A program made the position numbers and the translations under genes. Under the pieces are notes generated by a model. The model did no database searches. It saw nothing but the letters and a program-made list of their open reading frames with translations, and was not told where the DNA came from. From Rhizophagus irregularis (taxonomy: Eukaryota), in the NCBI RefSeq assembly GCF_026210795.1, contig NC_089432.1, positions 310,001 to 374,000 on the forward strand: a DNA stretch of 64,000 nucleotides, read 5' to 3'. This document shows positions 28,506-39,956 of this stretch, piece by piece. Each line of letters opens with the position of its first letter. Positions within the stretch are counted from its first letter, which is position 1.

Positions 28506-28738
28506 GGCCGGGCAAAAAAAAAATTTAGATTCTTGTGACCTGTCCGGGTCAGTTTTTCGAAAAATGGGAATTTTTTTTTTATAGTAAAAATTGTTATCAC
28601 GTGATTATAAGTTATTGGCCAATGTGGCGTAAAAAAATTAAATTTTTACAAATATAAAAAAAAAAAATGCCGGCCGGCCGGCCAGGTCATTTTTAAAATT
28701 TTATGTCACGAGAATCTAAAAATTTTTTTTGCCTGGCC
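28506..28738. mobile_element. PIF/Harbinger (Tourist-like) MITE
   Basis: ~34-bp TIR GGCCRGGCAAAAAAAA..TTTAGATTCTYGTGAC; TTA on both sides. Confidence 0.8.
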
Positions 28739-29500
28739 TTAGTATTCACGCACTTGGCCTTACTGCGCCTTATATGTATTACTTTGCGCAACAAAAAATG
28801 ACAAAATTTAACATGCTAATATAATAAATATTCTATAATATTATAACAAAAAAATTGGATATGTTAATTATTGCAACAAGCATACGCTAATTTTTTTTAA
28901 AGATTATGAACGATCAAATAAAGGATTTATTGATATGTTTCATAAAAAGTAAAGTGGTTTCTTTTTTAGAAATTTCAGTATTTATGATTCTAGGTATATC
29001 TATGGTCAGTCATTAAATAATCAGATAAAATACATATGTTGTGCGTCAGATGATGCTGGCCTACATTAGATATTGCCCAATATTATAATGCCTTAAGTGG
29101 GTTGGCCAGCATTACTAGGCTAGCTTATTTGATGCACAACATATGTTTATACATTAAAAAAAAATAAATGAAATGAACATTGAAATTATTCATTGTAATT
29201 ATCTATATCCATAAATTTATATAAAAACTAAATATCAAAAATAAGACTTTCATCCTGAAACTATCAGTCCAAAGACCAGTCTAACTTCGAGATTGCATGT
29301 TATTTTAGTAATTTCAAATAAAAACTTTTTGTTGGTAAGAATTGATTCTTCACAAAATTGACCAGTAAGACAAATTTTTGATCAAATTACTCAATAGAGC
29401 CTTTTAAATAATTAAAAAACAATATTACATAGTATTTAATAACCACATCGGAAACCGTACCAGAACTTTATTGTTATTTTTTTTGGTATCTTGAAAAAAG

Positions 29501-29700
29501 ATGACTACCCCATTACCCAATTTGTTTTAAAATTGAGCCAAAATTATATGATTATTAAAAAGATGACAAATATTATGATATTACGATTGAAGTTGATGGA
29601 AATCCTAATGTAAAAATATTTCGTGCTCAAATAAATATTTTGTGTTACCGTTCTCCATATTTACAACGAACTTTAACTTCTAATAATAATAAAAAAAATA
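29501..29700 (+). pseudogene. BTB/POZ-domain gene 5' fragment
   Basis: Frameshifted KLSQNY...KDDKYYDITIEVDGNPNVKIFRAQINILCYRSPYLQRTL, then truncated. Confidence 0.75.
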
Positions 29701-30390
29701 TTTTATATTTTTCAATTACAATTTTATTAGAATTTTTCTAACTATCACCGGGGTGATGATCACCGGTGACTGAAATTATGATGATCGACCAGCATTAAAA
29801 AATATAGTGCTGGTAAAAATTGATAATTCTGGCCAACGGTGATGATCACCCCCGGTGATTTGAAGTAAAAAACATTTTATTAATATTAATTATAAATAGG
29901 TAATTTTATTACTATTAAATTTTTTTATCCCTTAAACGGTAAGCAATTGTGCCCGCAATTTTACTGAAGATTCAACTCTCATCTAATTTTATGAAAAATT
30001 AAGTACATTTAATAAAAATTTTTTTCCATAATAGCTTAAATCATAAATTCATCCATTGATATTTTTAGAATAACCACAAAATTTGTACTTTAACTTTGAC
30101 GATTTCACTGATAATCAGTTATAGCTATATAAAAGCTTAATAAAATATGTAGAATTTGTCATGAGATACAATTTTTATTATTATGATTTTTAATGTTTAG
30201 AAGTAGGGTTTTGTTTTTATATAGAGCTTTAATAAAAATTTCATTCTACGTTTCCATTGTAAATTTATAAAAATTGATTTTTTTTATCTCTATCTTGTTC
30301 ATTATAATGTAAAATTTTCTTAAAAAAATAAAAAGTCATATTCAAATATATATAATAGTGAACAAACATTGTGAGAAAAAATTTAGATTT

Positions 30391-30534
30391 ATTATTTCTG
30401 TAAAAACTCCGTAAAAATGAGCCTTTCACAGATCCATTCATGGAAAATGTAAATAAATCGATAAATTCTGTGATATAAGGTTATTAATTCCGGAAATATG
30501 AGCCTTTTACGGAAAAAAAATGGAATTTACAGGG
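30391..30534 (-). mobile_element. Second, decayed copy of the MITE at 45276-45461, in opposite orientation
   Basis: Matches the reverse complement of 45276-45461 (ATGAGCCTTTCAC, TTATTAATTCCGGAAATATGAGCCTTTTACGGAAAA); ends TTTACAGGG. Confidence 0.8.
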
Positions 30535-30781
30535 ATACAGGGAGGCATTAGTTTATAAAATAAATTGAATCTAACCAAAAAAAAGCATTTAATGCGTGGG
30601 ATACTGTGACATCATTATTTGCAAGGATCATGTGATATATGAAATTAAAATATGAATTTAAGCCCACATTTAAGCCTAGGCTTCCCTAATTCTGCTTTAC
30701 GTAAATAAATAAATAAAAGCCTAGACTTACCACAAAAAAAAGCTAAATTATATCAAAAAAGAAAAATCAAACAACGTTTCC

Positions 30782-31152
30782 ATGATGAACTGGATTTATC
30801 AACAATACTTATAATTGTAATACTTCAAAATGTGATTACCAATATTCTTTCAATTCCAGTGAAACCAAAAACATCCATTCATCGTCTTGAAACAAGATAT
30901 TTACTTTGACGGAGGGAATAAAGCAGCAAAAAATTAGTGTATAAGTATATTTCATGCGTTTAATTGCAATAAAGCAAGAGATCTTGCAGAAGAAGCATTA
31001 GCAAACGCGCAAAATAATTTTCCTGAATCCACTTTGCATAACGGTTCTGGAGATGCGTATCGTCACTGTTACTGGAGTGGACTATTGACATTCGAGTTTG
31101 ATGTGTCTGGTGCAAAGGGTTTTGGTGATCGGCATGAAGATTATCCAAAAAA
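30782..31152 (+). pseudogene. Pseudogene of a secreted DUF6973-like protein
   Basis: Frameshifted signal peptide (LSTILIIVILQNVITNILSIPV), in-frame TAG, then HNGSGDAYRHCYWSGLLTFEFDVSGAKGFGDRHE; truncated next to a hAT remnant. Confidence 0.65.
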
Positions 31153-32620
31153 TAAACAATTCGAACTCTAAATGTAAATAATTTTCATTGAACATTATTA
31201 GACATTTTCTTTAAGCCAACACAAATATATAATAGATTCCATCTCATCTGCAAATTAACAAAATATATTAATGTCAAATATGCGGGAAGCTGAAGTTTTT
31301 CAAAATCAATATATCACCTAACTTCCATTTAGCATTTTTGTGTGTTTTTTACACAAAATCTGGTCTAAATTCATAACACGATTAATGAGTGGTTCTAAAT
31401 TTTCACTATTTTCTTCATCCGTCTGATTTATTTTTTCATCTTCATCCACCATTTCAATCCATTCTTTTATTAAATTTCTCCACTCACGAGATGATTCAAT
31501 ATCACACTCAGGATCTTGATCAAAAAATCATCATTATCATCAGATACTCCATCTTCCTGCTGCTCTTGAATTACTGGAATTACAACGTTCATGGTTTTGA
31601 GCTTTTTATTTACATGTAAAATATTTTCTAATCGTTTTTGCCATTGAATTCTCCTAATAATGTGGTAGACATCTGTTTAAACCAAGCACAAAAATAGTAA
31701 ATCATCCATTCACTCAGTTGAGCAAAAGAAAATGATTGATTACTTTTAATGAAAAAATTATCTTGATATTCAAGGTGTAAGAAAAAAGAAATTAAAAATA
31801 AAGGTTGTCTCCAGATATGCACTGTTTTTCCAAACGTGAAATCATTTTTTTCCCTAAATCTTGATCAGAATATTCTTGCCATATTTTGTAAAAATAACCA
31901 GCACATCATGAAAACGGACATTATCTGCTTGTAATTTGTTTAATGTTCTACAAAAAGGAAGTAAAAGCTTTTTTAATTGTCCAATTTCCTTCCACTAAAC
32001 TTCGTTATCAATAATTTTACAAATGTCAAGTGACAAAACCTTATTATTTCATGCTTCATATTCTTTATCAGAATAGTAAATTTCTTTGTCTTGACCTTCT
32101 TAATCAAATTCTTCAGGAGCATAATTAGAAATAAGCACTTAAAAAATATAGAAATAAAGTTAAATATGTTTAACTAAAAGTATTTGTAAATTATAATTGT
32201 AAATACCTTTAAATCTGATTTTGTTCATAATAAACTAAAATCCAATAATAATGAGAATTCCAATGGAAGAAGTAATGCAAAATATTTAAAATATTTATTT
32301 TTTGTTCATCATGTAATCTAGCCATAGATTTGTTAAGATATGCAATAATACAAATAGCCTTTTCAGATGCAATAACCAAATTAGGAGACTTTAAAAATTT
32401 CCCTGATAATTAAATTTGTTTGATGAGCAAAGCGGGGGCAAAAAACATCCCACTGCTCTGATACCAAATTTTTTCCACAAAATAAAAGATATAATAATTA
32501 ATAATTTACAAATTTAAACTCATTAACTTACCTTACATCTTGATTTTGAGACGCAGAATCAGTAATTATGGCATTATATTTTATTTTATTTTTTTTGGTC
32601 TAAATCTATTTTGTCTGGAA
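31153..32620 (-). mobile_element. Degenerate hAT transposase remnant
   Basis: Minus-strand fragments IITDSAS, FAHQTNLIIREIFK, LLLPFCRTLNKLQADN, QPLFLISFFLHLEY, with many stops and frameshifts. Confidence 0.7.
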
Positions 32621-32820
32621 CTTCCCATAAAAGAAGAAAAAAGAAGATAATCTAATTAATAAGAAAATCACCTCCAAGAATTGAACTTGGACACAAAAAT
32701 TGTGGAACCAACGGTGATGGATTTTGTTGAGTTAATAAGTTATTAAGGAAAGAACTCAACAAAGGAATGAAATAAAGGGTATCACATGTGAAGAAGGAAA
32801 TCACATGAGATAGATCAATT

Positions 32821-33033
32821 GATCACAAGAAAGGTAAATTTTACAAGACAAAGGATCTCTCTGACACCAATTAAGGGCGATGCAAACGATCCCCTTATAA
32901 AATTTATCTATCTAAGAATGGTCAAATGATCAAGAAAGGGTAAATTTTTACAAGACAAAGGATCTCTCTGACACCAATTAAGGGCGATGCAAACGATCCC
33001 CTTGTAAAAATTATCTATCTAAGAATGGTCAAG
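32821..33033 (+). repeat. Tandem duplication, ~106-bp unit x2
   Basis: Two copies of ...TTTTACAAGACAAAGGATCTCTCTGACACCAATTAAGGGCGATGCAAACGATCCCCTT...CTAAGAATGGTCAA. Confidence 0.9.
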
Positions 33034-34102
33034 TAATCCCAAGTTGACCAAAGGGAAAGATTACGTCTCCATGCTATATTTGGTAAGCAATGGGCCAAGC
33101 TACGTAATATAAGTTTATTTAATTAAGATATTGGGAGATTAAAAGGAGAATAATATTCACTAAATAGGTTATTTTATAAAGTAGAGAATAAGAAAAGATG
33201 AGAATCTGAATTATGCAATTGAGTAAATAAAGAAAATGAAGAAGAATAGATAATAATGTAAATAAAATACGAAAAAGAATTGATAATAATAAATGTTTAA
33301 AAGAATAAAATATATTAAATAGATATGAAGGAAGAGAAGGGAGTTGGTTGAGAGAAATGATTATAGTGCACATGAATTTCAATAAGTGAAGAATTAGGAC
33401 AATTGTATTAGTGAGAATGTTGGTATATATGAGGAGAATTATAAAAAGAATGTAAAAAAATCCGGTAAGTAATGGTAAATAAGGTTGAGATGTTTCAATG
33501 ATAGGTAAAGGATTATTGTAACATTTGTTGATAGGAAATTCATTTAAGATAGTATTGATAGTATTTGGACACAAATGATAAGACATTTTGTAATTGTAAG
33601 TTATAAATTTGAATTGAAATTTAGGTGATTGTAAAAGTTTTGTAAGATTTGTAAGATTTGAAAAATAATAATATTGAAATTTGGTTTTTGATTTTTTCCT
33701 TGAGGAAATTAAGGGTATTTATATATTTTTTAAAACCCTTTGAATACATAGATACATAGTGACTAATAATAAAATAGTTAAAAAAATCAAGATTATCTAT
33801 GAGTCACAATTAATTTATAAGTTATTTAACCTAAACTAGTAATATTAATTGATTTAATGATGACTAATATGTATAATTGTGGCTTATAGTACATAGTTAA
33901 TATGATTTACTCCCTATAAATCATATAATTAAAGATTATATGATATTGTACAATATTCCCATATTATTAAAGCTTTTATTATTGTTAAATAAATTTATTA
34001 AAAATTTTTGTTCAAGCTATTTTAGAAATAGTATTAGTATCTCTTGAGTGTACTAGTGTACTTGAAAGTTTAAATAAATTAACCACGCGTGATATACATA
34101 AC

Positions 34103-34457
34103 AAGATTAATTAAATACTGTATACTATAGTATTATTTAATAACTAATTATTATAGAACCCGTGGGAACTAGGGAGATTATCGACTATCTGAGTTTATTT
34201 GAACTGTGTGACTGAGTTAAGATTAATTAAATACTTATACTATAGTATTAATTAATAAATAATTATTATAGACGCAAAAACTGATTAAAGTATCATTTTG
34301 GCGTTTTCATATGTAAACCTATGGGAACTAGGGAGACTATCAACTGTCTGAGTTTATTTGGACTGTGGGACTGAGTTAAGATTAACTAAATACTTATACT
34401 ATAGTATTATTTAATAACTAATTATTATAGACACGAAAACTTCATTTTGGCGTTTCA
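34103..34457 (+). repeat. Tandem repeat, ~160-180-bp unit x2 plus a partial copy
   Basis: TGGGAACTAGGGAGA...GACTGAGTTAAGATTAA twice; AAGATTAA...TATACTATAGTATTA...TATTATAGA three times. Confidence 0.85.
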
Positions 34458-35589
34458 AAAAATGAAAATTTGATAGTTACGTAAGATCTTAGAATTTAAT
34501 ATTCCCTAATTTGGAGTTGAAGTGTTGTACTATGCAGTCTATGCTTATGTTTCGGACTATAAAAAAAGTATACTGAAAGTTATATGGAAAATTTGCAGGT
34601 ATAAGTATAACAAATTTATATACTGATTATAATATACTGCGTATCGATAAAATATGTTAGTTTGCATTATTACTCATATAAAGTCAACGATATTACAGTA
34701 TCTAATCTCTAATCTCATATCAATATTTTATCTAATAAAAAAAACTATATCAAATTTTTGGAGAAACACGTAATATAACTCGCCAACACCCATTTTATTG
34801 CTTTTTAAATAGGTAAAGATCAATTTTTATTGTAGTATATAAAATATATAAGATATGATTATATGAAAATACTTTATATCGTTATATTATACCTCATGTC
34901 TCTTTACATCATCTAATAACAAAATATCAAAGTTTCTTCGGATCTACTCAGGTGGGATATGAAAGCAAAATGGATTTTTTTTTAATTTTAGAAACTGTTT
35001 TGTTGTTGAAATGATTAAAATACGCAGTAATAATTAAATAGAAAGTTATTTACTATAATCTTTATTTAAAGTAGTAGAATTATACAAAAATAATATCCTC
35101 TTTAATTTATTGGTTAAGAGAACTGCAATTACCCATAGCAGGTCTTTGACATTTATCAAATTAGAAATAATTCCAAGTTATTGATGAAATTAGTCAAGGA
35201 ATTGAATTATAATTTATTCGGTGCCAATTTTATTTTTTTTTAAATTTATCCTTATTTCCACGTGATAATTGTATACTACGGATACATGTAAAAAACTATT
35301 TCTCACAATATTTCAGTACTGTGCAAAGACTCCGCCATACACCGCCAATATATAATATGATACAATTCAATTTAAAATACTTGCTTCTTTAAGTTATATT
35401 TTATTTAATAATTAAATTTATAATATTAAGTCATTCATTTTAATAATGAATATCATAATAATATTAATATGATAAAATATAGTATAAATAATAGATTATA
35501 CAAAATATATAATAATTTTAGAAAAAAATAATCAAAATAGTAACATGATAGAAACGATTTTGAACTATTATAAAAATTATAAAAATATG

Positions 35590-35720
35590 ATTCGACTGAA
35601 CTTATCATTTCTAATCTTTTTGTGCATCTTTATTTCCTCTGTTAGCAGCATCTTTATACAATTCAATTGCATTTCTTTATCAATTTCGGTTCCAATCCCA
35701 TTCTCATAACAGCATCCAAG
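35590..35720 (-). pseudogene. Sel1-repeat gene 3' fragment
   Basis: LGCCYENGIGTEIDK / AIELYKDAANRGNKDAQKRL with a frameshift. Confidence 0.7.
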
Positions 35721-36021
35721 TATTCAAAATGATTATAAGATTGAAACAATGCAACAACAAGTAAAGAAACTTTATATCAATGATGATGGTATGATGATAA
35801 AACAATTATTTAAATTCTTATAATAATTATTCTACAGTATTATATGATTTTTAATTTTATATTTGATAGACGAAGATGAAGTACATAACAGTCCTAACCT
35901 TCATTCAGAAGAACATGATGAATTGGAAATTCCTGATAGTAAGAATTATTTTTAAAATGTTTAAAATTTACCATAAATTACTAAATTTAAAGTAACATTT
36001 TTTTTTCTTCTAGATATTTAG
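35721..36021 (+). pseudogene. 3' exons of a kinase-family gene (orphan fragment)
   Basis: Spliceable exons encoding DEDEVHNSPNLHSEEHDELEIPD, which I recall as a C-terminal tail of Glomeromycotina kinases; no upstream exons. Confidence 0.55.
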
Positions 36022-36591
36022 ATACGGATGAATTATATAAATTAGATAACATTATTATACCTGATTTTTTTTTCTTATCATAAATTATTTAAACACTATT
36101 GACTTATGAGATTTTCTTCAAAATTCTTAGTTTGTAATTTGAATAATTTATTTTCTTATTTTTATCTTTTCTTTCTCATTATATTATTATATTAGTAGCG
36201 TAAACTGAACGCGTTTTTATTAAATAAATTTTAAAGTATATTTTAAATATGAATTTTATAATATCTCATGCGTGATAATATGATTCATACAAGGGAAATA
36301 TATAAATATAAAAAAAATAAATTCATTAAAGTCACGGTGATATGAATTGTTGCAAAACTTCTTTGCCGAAATTACCAGAATTATCATAATTCTGAATCCA
36401 AATCACATGATATACTATTTACCTTTTACAAACGCATCTTCGGTAATATAGCGCTCTCACTAACTCATATATTTATTTACATTTAGAAGAAATAGGGGTT
36501 CAAAATTAAACTTAGTTATATAATATTCGTTTATTTGTCTGTTGAAATAATTAATTTAGATGTAATTATTTTTTTAAAAAAATAATTACTA

Positions 36592-37909
36592 TCTTCTTCA
36601 TAGTTTTCTTATCTCCTTTTAGGCCCTTTTTTCTTTTCGTCTCTCTTTAGGTATGTGGGTAGTGTGGGTTGGGAGTGCGGGTGGGTTGGGAGTGTGGGAG
36701 TGTGGGTGTGGGAGTGGGTGTGGGAGTGGGTTTGGGAGTGTGGGTTGGGAGTGTGGGTTTGTGTTGTGGTGTTTCATTTTATTTTTTTTTTTCGTCATCT
36801 TTTTTTAGGTTTACCTTCTCTCTGTCTATCTCCTTTTAGGCCTTTTTCTTTTCATCTCTCTTAAGGTGAGTGTGGAGTGTGGGAGTGTGGGTTGGGAGTG
36901 CGGGTGGGTGTGGGAGTGTGGATTGGGAGTGTGGAAGTGCGGGTTGGGAGTGTGGGAGTGTGGGAGTGTGGGTTGGGAGTGCGGGTGGGTGTGGGAGTGT
37001 GGGAGTGGGTTGTGTGGGAGTGTGGGAGTGTGGGTTGGGAGTGTGGGTGGGTGTGGGTTTGCATATGTGGTTTTTCATTTTATTTTTTTTCGTCATCATT
37101 TTTTTAGGTTTATCTTTTCTCCATCTAGGTCTTCTCTTTCTTTCTTTATGTCTTCCTTTCATACAAATTCTGTATTGCCTGGTACCTTATATCACCAATC
37201 CACAAGATAAGCATAAACTGATTTATTATATTTTTCTTTCTTGAACATAAACTCTGACGGTATTTTTTAGTCTATAAGTACATGCAATTAATTTCACTAT
37301 TTTATCATCTTTTTTTTTTTGCTTTACCAACATAAAAATTTAATGTTTAAATATTTGATTTTATGTATTTGAAAATAACAATATGTTTTAATACTTTTAA
37401 ATTTTAAATTGAACGTCAAATTTTGTAATTACTATTTATTAATTAATACTTATAAAAAATTTGAATGAGTAATTTTTTGGATGAAATTGGGACTTTGATA
37501 ATCTTTAATGTTTTCACTAAAAAAAAAATCAATTAGAGTTAGTAAGAAACAAAGTGTAAGGATATAAGTTAGAAATAAAAATAAAAAGAAAAAAAGAAAA
37601 ATACCTCGAGACTGAGAAAACGAACCTTGAACCTATAATAAAAATGAGATTTGACAAACAAATAAATATGACAAATCTGCCAGACCCAGGCGATGTTTAC
37701 CAATTCCCAATATAATTTAATATTATAATTATAATTTAGTACATATTATTTTGTTAACTAATTATTACCTATATTAAATTCCTAATTATAATTATAAACA
37801 AAAAACTGCTGTATCCATCTTTAATTTACTTAGTATTACATTATAATACTAAAATTTTCTATTTAAACAAACTCATTGGTCCCGGTGCGGAGCAACAGGT
37901 AACTGCTAG
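36592..37909 (+). mobile_element. Probable non-autonomous Helitron containing G/T-rich minisatellites
   Basis: 3' hairpin CCCGGTGCGGAGCAACAGG followed by CTAG|T at 37881-37910; candidate 5' A|TC at 36591-36593 (uncertain); duplicated GGGAGTGT arrays at 36655-36760 and 36866-37060. Confidence 0.5.
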
Positions 37910-39956
37910 TAATAAACTACATTTTTAATGATTTTCAAGATTTTCAACTTAAATAAATCAAAAACATATACTTTACGAATTAAAAGTTTAAATAGCCTAA
38001 ATGATTAGATCACGAAAAATAAGTACCTAAGGTCTTAGGTTCGATTCCTAAGGTAAGTAAATATTAAATTAATTATTTAAATATATAATTTTTTCAACAG
38101 CTCGAACGTTCATATACCTGAAATTTACGGTTTATAGATGTACATAATATAACGTCCAACCTACGGAAGGTCCATCAATGGACAGTTAGTGGACATATGT
38201 CCAATAATGGTTGCCGGTCTACCTGGAAATTTAGTGAAGTCCATTTAGGTTATATGAAATTACCTTTTATGCTTAAGCTGTTCAGCAAGTTGAACTTACA
38301 AGGCTAGGTATGATATTTGTACGTTTTACATTTAGTGTTACATGATCTTATAAACAAAAAAATAAATAAATGAAAATTATTTATTCCTATCAATTACAGA
38401 TTGTTTAATTATGTTAATTTATTAAAAAAATTAAAATAAACAATGAACTAACAATGGGGTTTAAGATTATAATGGATTTTTGGTAAAGATAACAATTTGC
38501 TATTCACATATTAAATATAGGTATTTTGTTATCCAAAAGTTTTTAACATGAGCTAAAGTTATAAGAAGTTGTAAGGGTTCAGGACCTTAGGCAAAACTTG
38601 GTATGATTTATTTCTTTTTTGTTTATATTATATTTGTTAAAGATATTTAAGTTAGGGCAAATTTTTATTCAAAATCTGAGACTGAGAGTGGCTTCCTATT
38701 AATAAATATTATTCTACAAAAAAAAAAATAAATAAATAATCTAGTCTATTTTTTGTTATTTTTGAAATTTCAAAATTTTACGTACGTTGATAGTGATAGT
38801 ATCGTTCATAGTATTAATGGATGATTAAGATCATATTCCGTAGATCGGCCCAAATGTAAAATTTTTTTTTTTTGATTTTTAATTAAATAGAATAAACTAA
38901 TGTTGTTAATTAACAGAATATTCTGGATACATTTAGATATTTTATTAACGCTCTCCAAACAATATTTTCATGATAATATGGTAATATCTATATACATTTG
39001 TAAAACATTTTTAATTTATTCGGAAAATTACAATAAAAAGTCTTATTTATTAACACCTTAAATTTGGGTAATATATTCTATTCATTTTACTTAGTATCTG
39101 ATATCCATAGTTCCATAGTTGACATGCAAAACATGTAGCCTATAAAATGATCACGTGATGTTTAAATTTAAAAAAGAAAATTATCAAGGTAGGGGCGTCT
39201 TTAACTCTTTAACGTACAGTACATCCTACCAGAGTTTAGGAGTTATGCACTTGCACTGTTGCACATGATACTGTTAACGTTAACTCCGGCCAGTTCGTAC
39301 GTTAATATCGTACACCCACACTGTGCATTCCCATCTACAAGATGAAACTGAAATGACGAATTAGAAATAATTACAAATGATGCGGCAAAATTGTCTAGCA
39401 GTTGGAATATTCAATAAAGTTAATTTTTAACAAAATTTATACCACTAGTCGTCCGTGATTTTCCTATCAGCGCGGTATAAACCAAATATTTCGCGAATCA
39501 GATATCATTGATCACCGTGATGATACGACTTCTACGGCTTTCCGAGAAATAACTATTACATAATCAATATTTTTAAATATTATTGAATTCAATTACTTAA
39601 ATTATTACTTTGTTTTTTTATTTATTTAAAGAACGTAAAAATTTACTGAATGATATACAAAAAGTTTTGCCGTAAAATTGATCAATGGCAAGTGCTTACC
39701 ATCACGTGATTAATAAGCTAACCAAAAAAAAATTCTTTCTGGAATTTTAAGCGTTTAAAATAAATGAAGTGCATGATTAATGGATCACTACATCGACGAT
39801 CAATACATTCATTACATTGACGATCACTATATCTATGATGGGTAGTTAAGGTCTGTTGATAAAAGTAAGATTCTGGGATTTGGCCAGAATTATATAAGGT
39901 CGGCCTACATTACGATTCTCAAATTCCGGCCAAATTTAATATTAGCCAGCATTATG

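Noticed and set aside
36655..37244. Six overlapping low-complexity ORFs (WECG / PTPTH)
   Set aside because: Produced by a stop-free G/T minisatellite; no coding evidence
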